64,000 bases of DNA from a virus. Position 1 is the first letter of the stretch; every line of letters starts with the position of its first letter. A program made the translations under genes and the position numbers. The notes under the pieces are model-generated. The model saw only the letters and a list, made by a program, of their open reading frames with translations. It ran no database searches and was not told where the DNA came from. The stretch lies in IMG/VR virus record IMGVR_UViG_3300043449_000947, positions 6,921-70,920 of that record. One strand, written 5' to 3'. Below, piece after piece: positions 8,195 through 17,469 of the stretch.

Positions 8195-9521
8195 ACACCA
8201 ACGTGAAAGCCTTAAATTCATCAGAGAGCGACCGAGAGTATTTGATGCGAGCGACCCGGGTACTGGAAAAACTCGCGTCGCAATCGAGAGCTTTGCTGAG
8301 CGACGCGTGCGTGGAGGAGGTAAAGCGCTTGTTCTCGCACCCAAATCTCTACTTAGAGCAGCATGGGACGCCGATATTAAGAAATTTGCGCCGTCTCTCC
8401 GTACTTCTATCGCGTATGCAGAAAATCGAGCAGATGCTTTCGACGCGTTTGCAGACATCTACGTCACTAACCATGACGCCGCCAAGTGGCTCGCTAAGCA
8501 ACCCGCTAAATTTTTTGACGGCTTCGACACTCTCATCATTGACGAAGTCGGGGCTTTCAAGCACGCGACTAGTCAACGAAGCAAGTCTATTAGCAAGATC
8601 AAAAAGTTTTTTACGTATCGGTTGGTAATGAATGGAACACCGACGCCTAATTCCATCACGGAGTTATGGCATCAGATGTTCATCATCGATGACGGGGCCC
8701 GATTAGGGCCCAGTTTTTTCGCTTTCAGAAATGCGGTCTGTATTCCTAAACAGGTAGGACCGCTCGCTACCATGATGAAGTGGGAAGATCGCCCCGGTGC
8801 AGCTGATGCTGTAGCCAAGCTGGTGGAAGATGTAACCATCCGTCATGAGTTCGAAAAGTGCATCGACATTCCAGAGAACTTCGAGCATGCAGTGCCTTAC
8901 TATCTGACTCCTACGCAAATGAAGGTCTACGACGAGATGCGCAAGGATCAGCTAGCCATCCTCGACTCGATGGAGATGATCACCGCAGTCAATGCAGCTG
9001 CAGTCACTACCAAGCTGCTGCAGATTGCTTCAGGTGCTGTGTACTCAAGTGATGAAAAATATCATCTGGTAGACGAAGCTCGCTACGAACTGATCATGGA
9101 TCTGATCGAAGAACGTCAGCACTGCGTAGTATTTTTCCTTTGGAAACATCAACGTGAGCAGCTTGTGAAAAAAGCACTTGCTCGTGGAATTACGCACTGT
9201 ATCATCGACGGCTCTGTATCGGCCTCAGTCCGAAATCAGGACATCGACTACTACCAGAAAGGGCTCTACAAAGTAGCGTTCATTCATCCGCAGTCTGGTG
9301 CACATGGACTTACCTTAACACGAGGTACGTCCACAATATGGGCTAGTCCCACTTACAATCTTGAACATTATCAACAGGGAATCAAGCGAATCTATCGAGC
9401 AGGACAAACCCAAAAAACAGAAACAATAATGGTCGTCGCTCAGAATACGTTGGAAGACAAGGTCTGGCTGGCGCTGCAGAATAAAAGAATACAAATGAAT
9501 GAGCTGTTAAAACAACTATGA
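8181..9521 (+). CDS. SNF2-family helicase
   Basis: DPGTGKT, IIDE, MNGTPTPN, KLLQIASG, GAHGLTL, Q..KRIYRAGQ. Confidence 0.9.
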   Translation: MDLFKHQRESLKFIRERPRVFDASDPGTGKTRVAIESFAERRVRGGGKALVLAPKSLLRAAWDADIKKFAPSLRTSIAYAENRADAFDAFADIYVTNHDAAKWLAKQPAKFFDGFDTLIIDEVGAFKHATSQRSKSISKIKKFFTYRLVMNGTPTPNSITELWHQMFIIDDGARLGPSFFAFRNAVCIPKQVGPLATMMKWEDRPGAADAVAKLVEDVTIRHEFEKCIDIPENFEHAVPYYLTPTQMKVYDEMRKDQLAILDSMEMITAVNAAAVTTKLLQIASGAVYSSDEKYHLVDEARYELIMDLIEERQHCVVFFLWKHQREQLVKKALARGITHCIIDGSVSASVRNQDIDYYQKGLYKVAFIHPQSGAHGLTLTRGTSTIWASPTYNLEHYQQGIKRIYRAGQTQKTETIMVVAQNTLEDKVWLALQNKRIQMNELLKQL

Positions 9522-9718
9522 GTAAATTAGCTTCACTCACTACTCGTCATGGAACCCTCTATCGACATGACGACACTGTTATCGTTATGGAAGACGACGA
9601 TTTATGGGTAACAGTAACTATCTTGGACGGTAGTAGTTCAGTACTAATCGATAGAGAGGAATGGCCAGCTTTTGTTGAAATGGTAGAAGAAATAGATAGA
9701 GCAAGGAAGGATAAATGA
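9518..9718 (+). CDS. hypothetical protein
   Basis: ATGA overlaps at both ends. Confidence 0.6.
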   Translation: MSKLASLTTRHGTLYRHDDTVIVMEDDDLWVTVTILDGSSSVLIDREEWPAFVEMVEEIDRARKDK

Positions 9719-10344
9719 GTGTAAAACTAATCTGGATTACTCCAAACGCAGAAGATCTGATTGCTCACATGGCTCGTGTAAGCAATCCTAAAAATCAAAA
9801 TAGCGAAGACATCGAAGAACTTATCCGCTACATGATGAGACACAAGCATTGGTCACCTTTCGAGATGGCCAATGCAGTCTTTGAGATCAACACGACAAGA
9901 GATATTGCTCGTCAGATCCTTCGTCACAGAAGCTTTTCTTTTCAGGAATTCTCTCAAAGATATGCTTCGATTAAAGAGCTGCCTGCTACGATTCACAGAG
10001 AATGTCGGCTGCAGGGCATAACTAACAGGCAGAGCAGTATCGAGACTAGCAATAGCGACATGGTTTCGCTCTGGTCAGATATTCAGAAGACGGTGCATGA
10101 CATTACTCAAGAAGCATACTTCGCAGCACTTGATGCAGGTATTGCCAAGGAGCAAGCGCGTGCTCTTCTTCCTGAAGGATTGACGCCTACTCGTATGTAC
10201 ATGAACGGTACCATCCGCAGCTGGCTTCACTATCTTGATCTTCGTTGTAAAGAAGATACGCAGAAAGAACATAGGTTAATCGCAGAGCAGATCGCATCAA
10301 TACTTTCTCAGGAGCTCCCTACTATATATGCTGCTAACTCTTGA
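9715..10344 (+). CDS. thyX: flavin-dependent thymidylate synthase
   Basis: HWSPFE, RQILRHRSFSFQEFSQRY, AKEQARALLP, TQKEHR. Confidence 0.95.
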   Translation: MSVKLIWITPNAEDLIAHMARVSNPKNQNSEDIEELIRYMMRHKHWSPFEMANAVFEINTTRDIARQILRHRSFSFQEFSQRYASIKELPATIHRECRLQGITNRQSSIETSNSDMVSLWSDIQKTVHDITQEAYFAALDAGIAKEQARALLPEGLTPTRMYMNGTIRSWLHYLDLRCKEDTQKEHRLIAEQIASILSQELPTIYAANS

Positions 10345-12166
10345 TTTTGAAACTTATTTCAGCCAAACCTATTCATTACGCAACAAGAAGATAAACACTA
10401 GCGAGTATATTCGTCACCCAGAGTTTAAGGTTCAATGCGTAGGTATTAAAGTAAACGATGAAAAAACTGTATGGTTTCCTGATAGATTCGTTGACCGAGC
10501 TCTTAGTTCTTTTGACTGGAGTACTGTTGACCTTCTTTGTCATAATACCGCTTTCGATGGCTTTATTCTGTCTCATCACTATGGCATTGTGCCTAGATAT
10601 TATCTCGATACCTTATCGATGGCTCGAGCGCTCCACTCAACGAAGATCGGTGCGGGACTCGATGAAGTAGCTCGTTATTACAATCTTGGTAACAAGATTC
10701 CTGATGTTTTAGGCAAGACCAAAGGCGTACGTGATCTGGATCAAGAGCTAATGCTTGGTCTAGGTATGTACTGCGCTGAAGACGTTGAGCTGACTAAGCG
10801 CATCTACGACAAGATGATTCTGGGCTATCCCAAGAAAGAGCTAGACCTGATCGATCTGACAATCCGTATGTTCTGTGACCCGCTGCTTGAGGTAGACATA
10901 CCTCGAGTTGAGCGCGAGCTTGAGAATGAGGTTGAAGAGAAGAAACGCTTGATAGCTATGACCAAGTCATCGATCGATGATCTGTCATCAGCTAACAAAT
11001 TTGCAGAAGCGCTTGTCGCTCTAGGTGCTACTCCTCCCAAGAAAGAATCATTACGAACAGGCAAGCAGACGTGGGCGTTTGCCAAGAATGACATAGAGTT
11101 TCAGAAACTCCGTGATCATGAATTTGAAGCAGTTCGTGATCTAGTCAACGCGCGTCTAGCCGCTAAGTCTACAATCGGTGAGACACGCGCACTTCGCTTT
11201 CTTACCGCAGGTGAGAATGGCTGGAAGCTTCCCGTATTACTCAAATACTACGGAGCTCATACCGGCAGGTGGAGTGCTGGCAACTCAATGAACATGCAGA
11301 ATCTGAAACGAGGTGGTGAGCTTAGGCAATCTATCCTCGCTCCTGATGGACACTCGATCGTTGTAGTGGACTCAGGTCAGATTGAAGCTCGCGTAACTGC
11401 ATGGCTTGCTCAGGATAAGGAGCTGCTTGAGCTGTTCAGAGAAGGTCGAGATGTATACAAGTACATGGCCTCTCAGATCTATGACGTGCCTGTAGAAGAA
11501 GTTACTAAAGATCAACGCTTCATCGGCAAGATCGCTATTCTCGGTCTTGGCTATGGTATGGGTGGTCCCAAGTTCTTTACGACACTCGTATCAGGAGCGA
11601 TGGGTCCTGTAGTAGATATCGAGTTAGCTGAATGCTACCGAATCGTTAACTCCTATCGACTGGCTCGTAATAAGATTGTCGATCTCTGGGAGTATCTCGA
11701 TAGTACTGTCCTGCTCAATCTGTCTCTCGAGACTGAAGCTCCGTTTGGACCTAACGACTTTCTGTCTACCAAGAAAGAATTTCGTATAGCGCTACCCAAT
11801 GGTATGCACCTACAGTATCCGAATCTCTCAGGAGATGAAGGTAACTACACGCACTGTTCTGACAAAGAGAACAGAAAGGCAGAACCCAAGTTCAAGAAGA
11901 TCTATGGAGGTCTTCTTACAGAGAATATTGTTCAAGCGTTAGCTCGAATAATAATTGCGGATCAGCTCCTTAAGATTTCTGACAATCTTAAAGGTATTGG
12001 CCGCGTCGTTACGACTACTCACGATGAAATCGTGGTGGTTGTTCCAGATCATCTGGCAGAGAGTACTCTAGCCATGATGCATAAAGAAATGACGACTCCA
12101 TCCGAATGGTGCATGGATCTTCCTCTAGCAGCAGAAGGTGGTTTCGCTCATAACTACTCAAAATAA
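10328..12166 (+). CDS. polA: family A DNA polymerase with 3'-5' exonuclease
   Basis: Exo motifs DFET and HNTAFD; AHTGRWS; motif A DSGQIEAR; motif B R...K...LGLGYG; motif C HDE. Confidence 0.93.
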   Translation: MLLTLDFETYFSQTYSLRNKKINTSEYIRHPEFKVQCVGIKVNDEKTVWFPDRFVDRALSSFDWSTVDLLCHNTAFDGFILSHHYGIVPRYYLDTLSMARALHSTKIGAGLDEVARYYNLGNKIPDVLGKTKGVRDLDQELMLGLGMYCAEDVELTKRIYDKMILGYPKKELDLIDLTIRMFCDPLLEVDIPRVERELENEVEEKKRLIAMTKSSIDDLSSANKFAEALVALGATPPKKESLRTGKQTWAFAKNDIEFQKLRDHEFEAVRDLVNARLAAKSTIGETRALRFLTAGENGWKLPVLLKYYGAHTGRWSAGNSMNMQNLKRGGELRQSILAPDGHSIVVVDSGQIEARVTAWLAQDKELLELFREGRDVYKYMASQIYDVPVEEVTKDQRFIGKIAILGLGYGMGGPKFFTTLVSGAMGPVVDIELAECYRIVNSYRLARNKIVDLWEYLDSTVLLNLSLETEAPFGPNDFLSTKKEFRIALPNGMHLQYPNLSGDEGNYTHCSDKENRKAEPKFKKIYGGLLTENIVQALARIIIADQLLKISDNLKGIGRVVTTTHDEIVVVVPDHLAESTLAMMHKEMTTPSEWCMDLPLAAEGGFAHNYSK

Positions 12167-12177
12167 GGTATTCATCT

Positions 12178-12543
12178 ATGAAATTATCGACTCTTGTTGA
12201 GTCTCTGGGCACTCTTGTCCAGAGGAAAAAAGCTCTTGAGCGTCAGCTCAAGGAGATTACTGAAGGGATAGCGCTGGTTGAATCAGATATAATGCATGCT
12301 ATGGACGATGAAGGTATTCAGCAGTCCGTTAGCAATCATATGAAAGTAAAGATAAACGAAGCTACGTATCCGCATGTAGAAAACTGGGATCAGTTTTATG
12401 ACTTTATCTATGACAACCGTTACTTTCATCTTCTCGAGAAACGCCCAACTGTCGTTGCTTACAGAGAACTTCTAAGCCTCGGTAAAAAAGTTGATGGTGT
12501 AGTCCCTTTCGTAAAACGCAAACTTAGCTTCACTGAGGTATAA
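12178..12543 (+). CDS. conserved phage replication-region protein
   Basis: N-terminal coiled coil and V.NWDQFY.FI...LL.KR motif. Confidence 0.7.
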   Translation: MKLSTLVESLGTLVQRKKALERQLKEITEGIALVESDIMHAMDDEGIQQSVSNHMKVKINEATYPHVENWDQFYDFIYDNRYFHLLEKRPTVVAYRELLSLGKKVDGVVPFVKRKLSFTEV

Positions 12544-12545
12544 CC

Positions 12546-13253
12546 ATGTCTACTGATATTTCACTTATCCACTCTCAGCTGCCTGCTGAGCTTATTGAGC
12601 AGCTTAAAGTTCAAGCCGATCTTGAGCGTGCTCGTTTAGGTAACAATAGCGAGGCTGATGTTATCCGTGTTTCTCAGAATAAGAAATTTCAGTTTCCTAA
12701 ATCTGACGAATTAGTCGACGAGTTCGATGCAGTTATCGTCAACTTCGCTTTTCGCAATAACTATTATCTGGGTCGTTACAATCCTAAAGAAGTTGTACCG
12801 CCAGCGTGTTTCGCTATCTCTGAGAACTCGAGAGATCTGGTTCCATCAGTCAATTCTCCTAAAATTCAGGCTGATGACTGTGCGTCTTGTCAGCAGAATC
12901 AGTTTGGCTCTAGCCCGACAGGTGGTGGCAAGGCTTGTAAGAATACGGTGGTCATCGGTGTAGTTCCTGCTGACGATCAGGAGAATCATCCGATTATGGT
13001 TGTTAACGTCTCACCGACTTCTCTCACTGCGTTTAACAAGTATGTTAACCATGTGATGGACAAGACCAAGCTTACGGTCCAGACTGTCGTCACCAAGTTC
13101 TACTTTGATCCCAAATCAGACTATCCGTCCATACGATTCGAGATGGTTGCTCCCAATACCAAGATCATGGAGACTTTCGCTCGCAAGGACGAAGCTCTTC
13201 GTCGAGTCATGGCTGAGCCAGATGTATCTGGTTTTTCAGAAGGTAAGAAATAG
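12546..13253 (+). CDS. putative ssDNA-binding/annealing protein
   Basis: NYY...P.C.A...CASCQQNQFGS...GKACKN...V.PTS..AF..Y motif, next to polA. Function inferred. Confidence 0.55.
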   Translation: MSTDISLIHSQLPAELIEQLKVQADLERARLGNNSEADVIRVSQNKKFQFPKSDELVDEFDAVIVNFAFRNNYYLGRYNPKEVVPPACFAISENSRDLVPSVNSPKIQADDCASCQQNQFGSSPTGGGKACKNTVVIGVVPADDQENHPIMVVNVSPTSLTAFNKYVNHVMDKTKLTVQTVVTKFYFDPKSDYPSIRFEMVAPNTKIMETFARKDEALRRVMAEPDVSGFSEGKK

Positions 13254-13262
13254 ATGACCTTT

Positions 13263-13291
13263 TCCCCCGGTAACCCCGGGGGATTTTTTTT
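13263..13291 (+). terminator. rho-independent terminator
   Basis: TCCCCCGG-TAACC-CCGGGGGA followed by a T8 run. Confidence 0.85.
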
Positions 13292-13296
13292 CGCCT

Positions 13297-13509
13297 ATGA
13301 ACTCTACAGCCGCTTTAAAAATTCTGGATATATTGGTTCACGCCGATATCGCTTATCACCTTAAAGGCACTTCCTATCGAGAATTTCTAACGCCTTACTA
13401 CCATCGATCGATGGGTGAGTTACGTAAAGAATTAGGCAAAATCTTAGCATTGGGGACTGATATGCATAGATTTATCGATATTTTTATACAGGAGTTGAAT
13501 GATGAATGA
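13297..13509 (+). CDS. hypothetical protein
   Basis: 70-aa ORF coupled to the next gene. Confidence 0.5.
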   Translation: MNSTAALKILDILVHADIAYHLKGTSYREFLTPYYHRSMGELRKELGKILALGTDMHRFIDIFIQELNDE

Positions 13510-14041
13510 TGTCATGCTCGACATAGAGACTCTTGATGTATCCGCATCATCAGTCATTCTTTCTATAGGCGCTGTTCGTTTCGATATCGATCAAATCGAT
13601 TCATTCGGACCAGCCTTTTCTGCTCATCTCAGCATAGCTGATCAGATCAGGCTCGATAAGCGCACGATCTCTGAAGACACGTTGTTCTGGTGGTTAGGGC
13701 AAAGCGATGAAGCACGCAATGCACTTCTTTCTCAGACTAGAGAAGACCCATCGATAGTGCTGCGTGAACTAGCTCAGTTCATTTCTCCCACTGACTTTGT
13801 GTGGGGCAATGGCTCTGATTTCGATAACGCCATATTGGCTGATGCCTATCGATCGAAAAATTATCCACTTCCGTGGAGATATAGAAACAACCGCTGCTAC
13901 CGAACTATGAAGGCTGCATTTCCATATGTACCCAAACCAGCCTTTGTAGGCATTCCACACAATGCCGTAGACGATGCAAGAAATCAGGCATTACATCTAC
14001 AACATATCCGGGCACATATTAAGAATGAGCAGCAAGCCTGA
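13499..14041 (+). CDS. DnaQ-like 3'-5' exonuclease (DUF5051-like)
   Basis: MLDIETL, ILSIGAV, WGNGSDFDNAIL, RCYRT, HNAVDDA. Confidence 0.88.
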   Translation: MMNDVMLDIETLDVSASSVILSIGAVRFDIDQIDSFGPAFSAHLSIADQIRLDKRTISEDTLFWWLGQSDEARNALLSQTREDPSIVLRELAQFISPTDFVWGNGSDFDNAILADAYRSKNYPLPWRYRNNRCYRTMKAAFPYVPKPAFVGIPHNAVDDARNQALHLQHIRAHIKNEQQA

Positions 14042-14426
14042 AACCGTCTATTACAGATCAATCCTTAAACTCCTACCGAGAGGACTTTATGTTGAAAAGA
14101 TGTACAACCCGCTTAAAGGCGGAACACCTGATCTATGGCTATCTGGCACTGCTGATGATCTCTGGCTTGAAGTTAAGTTCGTTAACCCTATTCCCGTACA
14201 TGTACCCATCAGAATATACAAAATCCTCAGTCCTCTTCAGCGGAAGTGGCTCTCTGACAGATATACAGAAGGGCGCAACACGGCTGTTCTTCTCGGAACA
14301 CCCAAAGGTTCAATCATCATCGAAAACAAAGACTGGGAGGTGCTCGACGTGCTAGCTGCTGAAACTGAATGGCTAGACAAACAACAAATCGCCAATCATT
14401 TATCAGAGAGACTCATGTTTACATGA
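14025..14426 (+). CDS. VRR-NUC/Holliday-junction resolvase-like nuclease
   Basis: GTPDLW...WLEVK...LSPLQRKW: PD-(D/E)XK pattern. Confidence 0.75.
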   Translation: MSSKPETVYYRSILKLLPRGLYVEKMYNPLKGGTPDLWLSGTADDLWLEVKFVNPIPVHVPIRIYKILSPLQRKWLSDRYTEGRNTAVLLGTPKGSIIIENKDWEVLDVLAAETEWLDKQQIANHLSERLMFT

Positions 14427-14560
14427 AATTTTTGCGCTTCTTACGTTTCCTTAACCTAACTACGCGCCTCATCTACGGAACCGCTCTGGCTCTGTTCATG
14501 ACGTACGAAATAACTACTCATAGACCCAAGAGACTTACTCATGACCCAAGACCTGAATGA
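14423..14560 (+). CDS. small membrane protein
   Basis: ATGA overlap. Basic N-terminus followed by a hydrophobic stretch. Confidence 0.5.
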   Translation: MKFLRFLRFLNLTTRLIYGTALALFMTYEITTHRPKRLTHDPRPE

Positions 14561-14822
14561 AGTTCGCGATGAATTTTTTAGAAATCTTACAGAGAAGCAT
14601 GGTGAGCGCATCACCATGTACACCATAGCTGGTATAAATCTAATGGCGCTTAATTCATATGTGCCAGAAGAGCAGTTCGAAAGTGTAAAAGACTGTACGC
14701 AAGTGATCACTTCTTCGATCATTCAGCTTGCAGGCATCACTGAAGACGAGCACAGGCTCTCAGTAGAGCAGGCAGCTGTCTATTTCAAGCTATTTGAACC
14801 ACATGAATCCGAAGCATCGTAA
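14541..14822 (+). CDS. hypothetical protein
   Basis: 93-aa ORF in the operon. Confidence 0.6.
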   Translation: MTQDLNEVRDEFFRNLTEKHGERITMYTIAGINLMALNSYVPEEQFESVKDCTQVITSSIIQLAGITEDEHRLSVEQAAVYFKLFEPHESEAS

Positions 14823-15240
14823 ATTTATAGCCATCGCTCAGGCGGTGGCTTCTCTTTCCAAAGATGACAGCACAAAAGTTGGTGCCATTGCCTTGGGCCC
14901 CGCAGGGGAAATCCGTGCTATGGGATATAACGGAATGCCGAGGGGGTGCGACGATACGAACGCGGTTAAATGTGTCAGACCAGAAAAGTATTTTTGGTTT
15001 GAACACGCTGAGAGGAATCTCATCTATAACGCTGCTCGCATCGGAGTGCCTCTCGAAGGCTCAACTCTTATCCTATCGGGACTCTATCCTTGCATGGACT
15101 GTGCGAGAGCGATTGTTCAGTCCGGAATTCGAGAAGTTATTGCCCCTAGTATCCCTCAAGACTCGCGATGGACAGATCATGCTATCCGAGCTAATCAACT
15201 GTTTGCAGAATGTGGAGTCATAGTTCATGAATATATTTGA
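14803..15240 (+). CDS. dCMP deaminase
   Basis: SKD.STKVGA, GYNG.PRG, HAERN, PCMDC zinc motifs. Confidence 0.92.
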   Translation: MNPKHRKFIAIAQAVASLSKDDSTKVGAIALGPAGEIRAMGYNGMPRGCDDTNAVKCVRPEKYFWFEHAERNLIYNAARIGVPLEGSTLILSGLYPCMDCARAIVQSGIREVIAPSIPQDSRWTDHAIRANQLFAECGVIVHEYI

Positions 15241-15598
15241 TCTTGAATCAGCTCTTGACGGAGCTGATGTGTGTACTCGCAGCGGCTTGTGTGTATCTCA
15301 GCTGCGTACGTTCTCTGATGATGAAGAATCACTCATCGGAGTAATCCACACCTCTGGTGGACGATCGATTCTAGGTCGCTGGAATACAGACGGGCTCTCT
15401 GTAGCTAAAGAGTCTCTTGATCTGTTTATGGAGCCTACGCAAGAAGAGCTCTTCATCAATCTCTATAAGAAGGATGGAGTGATCAAGTCAGGAAAGGTCC
15501 ATACCTCACGAACCGAAGCACTTAACGCAGCTAACAGCTCGCCTATGTATTTCGGAACTCTAGCGTTTGATCCCAACGAGATAGACGCTCTAAGCTAA
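15227..15598 (+). CDS. hypothetical phage protein, paralog of 486-839
   Basis: FDLESALDGADVCTRSG..VSQL...DLFMEP. Confidence 0.7.
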   Translation: MNIFDLESALDGADVCTRSGLCVSQLRTFSDDEESLIGVIHTSGGRSILGRWNTDGLSVAKESLDLFMEPTQEELFINLYKKDGVIKSGKVHTSRTEALNAANSSPMYFGTLAFDPNEIDALS

Positions 15599-15603
15599 CA
15601 ACG

Positions 15604-15626
15604 AAGCCGCTGCAGAGCGGCTTTTT
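15604..15626 (+). terminator. rho-independent terminator
   Basis: AAGCCGCT-GCAG-AGCGGCTT followed by TTT. Confidence 0.75.
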
Positions 15627-15643
15627 CATATCCGGAGAATTTT

Positions 15644-15937
15644 ATGGGTTATCTATACACACTTAATAACGACACTGTGGAAGTTGAGTACAGCGGTACT
15701 CCATACATTCCAGCTTATATATCCGGACCTCCTGAGGACTGCTACCCAGAAGAGGGTGGCGAGATCGAAATCGAGTCTGTCGAATACGAAACCAGTGGTC
15801 GAGTCATGATCGACGGTAAATGGGTAGCTGTTAAGCGAGTAGTTGTGGATATCTCTCCGCTACTTAGCGAAGCTCAGCTTGAAGACATTACTGACAAAAT
15901 TGCTCATTTTAATCACGATGAATATCTTTGTCCTTGA
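15644..15937 (+). CDS. hypothetical acidic phage protein (GPPEDCYPEEGGE motif)
   Basis: GGAG RBS and a recurrent small-phage motif. Confidence 0.7.
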   Translation: MGYLYTLNNDTVEVEYSGTPYIPAYISGPPEDCYPEEGGEIEIESVEYETSGRVMIDGKWVAVKRVVVDISPLLSEAQLEDITDKIAHFNHDEYLCP

Positions 15938-16394
15938 TCAGAACCCACGTCTTGCAGGCATGATGCACTGCGACAAGCATGTCTCAAAAATGCTGCTCGA
16001 GAGTGCTCAGATGATCTGCACTACCATTAATCATATTGGTGGTGTATCTCCCTACAAGACTTCGCATCTGAACCATCCTTGTTCTGTATGGGCTAGGGCT
16101 AGTTCAGAAAATCTCAACTGGTTGAGCTACCTAGCCAAGGAGCTCAACAACCAGTACCGCGTTAGATATAACAAGGATCACAACCACAAATCGTGGGAAG
16201 TAATAAAACACGTAATAAAACACAATGAAACACTGATAACAGAAAAGATGCATCACATCGGTCCTACTCCGTTCGTATTGGCCATGCCTGAACAGTACAA
16301 GTGCTCTGATCCTGTACAGGCGTACAGGGCTTATTACAAATCCAAAGAATTCGCTCAGTGGAACAAAGGTGTTCCAACTCCTTACTGGTGGTGA
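15918..16394 (+). CDS. pyrimidine-dimer DNA glycosylase/endonuclease V-like protein
   Basis: MNIFVLD...HCDKHVSKMLLESAQM, H.NHPCSVW, AMPEQYK..DPVQAYRAYY. Confidence 0.85.
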   Translation: MNIFVLDQNPRLAGMMHCDKHVSKMLLESAQMICTTINHIGGVSPYKTSHLNHPCSVWARASSENLNWLSYLAKELNNQYRVRYNKDHNHKSWEVIKHVIKHNETLITEKMHHIGPTPFVLAMPEQYKCSDPVQAYRAYYKSKEFAQWNKGVPTPYWW

Positions 16395-16395
16395 C

Positions 16396-16998
16396 ATGAC
16401 TGGTTCTTTATCTAAACCGTCCAAGATGCCGGGCTTTGGCTACGGCCTACCAGCTCTTACGTCTTGTAAGGTTGGTAGTGAATTGGCTAAAATACCCGGG
16501 TCTGTTTGCAACAAGTGTTACGCGTTAAAGGGACGATATGTAATGCCTGTTGTACAACAGGCCCAAGCTCTTCGTCTTGCGTCCATAGAAGGTCCGAACT
16601 GGGTCGATGATATGGTTAAGCTGATAGGACGCAAACGAGAAAAACATTTTCGCTGGCATGATTCGGGAGACTTAGTCTCCCTTGTTCATTTAGTGAATAT
16701 TGTTTCTATTGCTCGACGCTTACCAGAATTTCTTTTCTGGCTTCCTACAAGAGAACGAAAGATAGTTAATTCATATGAACGTCTTTTCGGTGATTTTCCA
16801 GACAACCTTATCGTGCGTATCAGCGTAGCGATGGTTGATGGCAAACCTCCTCAAACTTCTTTGTGTACATCTACGGTCCATAAGGACAGCGTTCCTATCG
16901 GCTACATGTGTCCCGCTCATCTACAGAACAACAAGTGTGTTTCTTGTCGAGCCTGCTGGGACAAGACAATAAAGAACATTTCTTACTTGGAACACTGA
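16396..16998 (+). CDS. gp88-like Cys-rich (Fe-S/radical-SAM-like) protein
   Basis: SKPSKMPG, C...SVCNKCYA.KG.Y, FRWHDSGD, FWLPTRE, C-terminal CPA...CVSCRACW. Confidence 0.75.
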   Translation: MTGSLSKPSKMPGFGYGLPALTSCKVGSELAKIPGSVCNKCYALKGRYVMPVVQQAQALRLASIEGPNWVDDMVKLIGRKREKHFRWHDSGDLVSLVHLVNIVSIARRLPEFLFWLPTRERKIVNSYERLFGDFPDNLIVRISVAMVDGKPPQTSLCTSTVHKDSVPIGYMCPAHLQNNKCVSCRACWDKTIKNISYLEH

Positions 16999-17058
16999 TG
17001 GAATTGATAGCAGCAGCTGTTGTACTTCTTATCCTTATAGCAACGGTGGATTGTTAGT

Positions 17059-17232
17059 ATGATCGCGAATATCGAAGAAATTTTAGTTAATTCAAGACGT
17101 GCTCTCATAAAAAATCCAACAAATGACGAAGCTAAATCGGCGTTGTCATGGTGTATCTTTAATCTTCTGCAGATTCGAGCAGAAGTCCCAAAAGAGATAG
17201 AACATATAGTCAGAAAATGTTCGCAAGCTTAA
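17059..17232 (+). CDS. small hypothetical protein (57 aa, not in ORF track)
   Basis: ATG 17059 to TAA 17230-17232. Confidence 0.45.
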   Translation: MIANIEEILVNSRRALIKNPTNDEAKSALSWCIFNLLQIRAEVPKEIEHIVRKCSQA

Positions 17233-17469
17233 TGGGCGGCGGAAATCCTTTTAACCAAGGGTTCACAAAACGACTGTCGCCCACCCTTTACGGAGTAGCA
17301 CTGCGTATGACGATACGAAATCCTGTTGCGATGGCGGTATAAAAACCGGACTCGGATTGACGAGTTAAGTCGGGTAGCTACTCCACCCTTTAATGACCCT
17401 CGGCCTTACTTTCTATCTTATTTTTTGGGATGGACAGTTCGATCAAAATCTCCGAGGGTCACCCATTTA
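17233..17469 (+). ncRNA. three tandem stem-closed RNA-like elements, each ending A-CCC(A)TTTA
   Basis: Stems: TGGGCGGCGG/CTGTCGCCCA (17233-42/17274-83), GGAGTAGC/GCTACTCC (17292-99/17367-74), TGACCCTCGG/CCGAGGGTCA (17384-93/17452-61). Each is followed by CCCTTTA or CCCATTTA. Confidence 0.55.

Noticed and set aside
17292-17375. tRNA gene
   Set aside because: Has an acceptor-like stem and several arms, but no TTCRA T-loop, no GG D-loop and no clean 7-nt anticodon loop.
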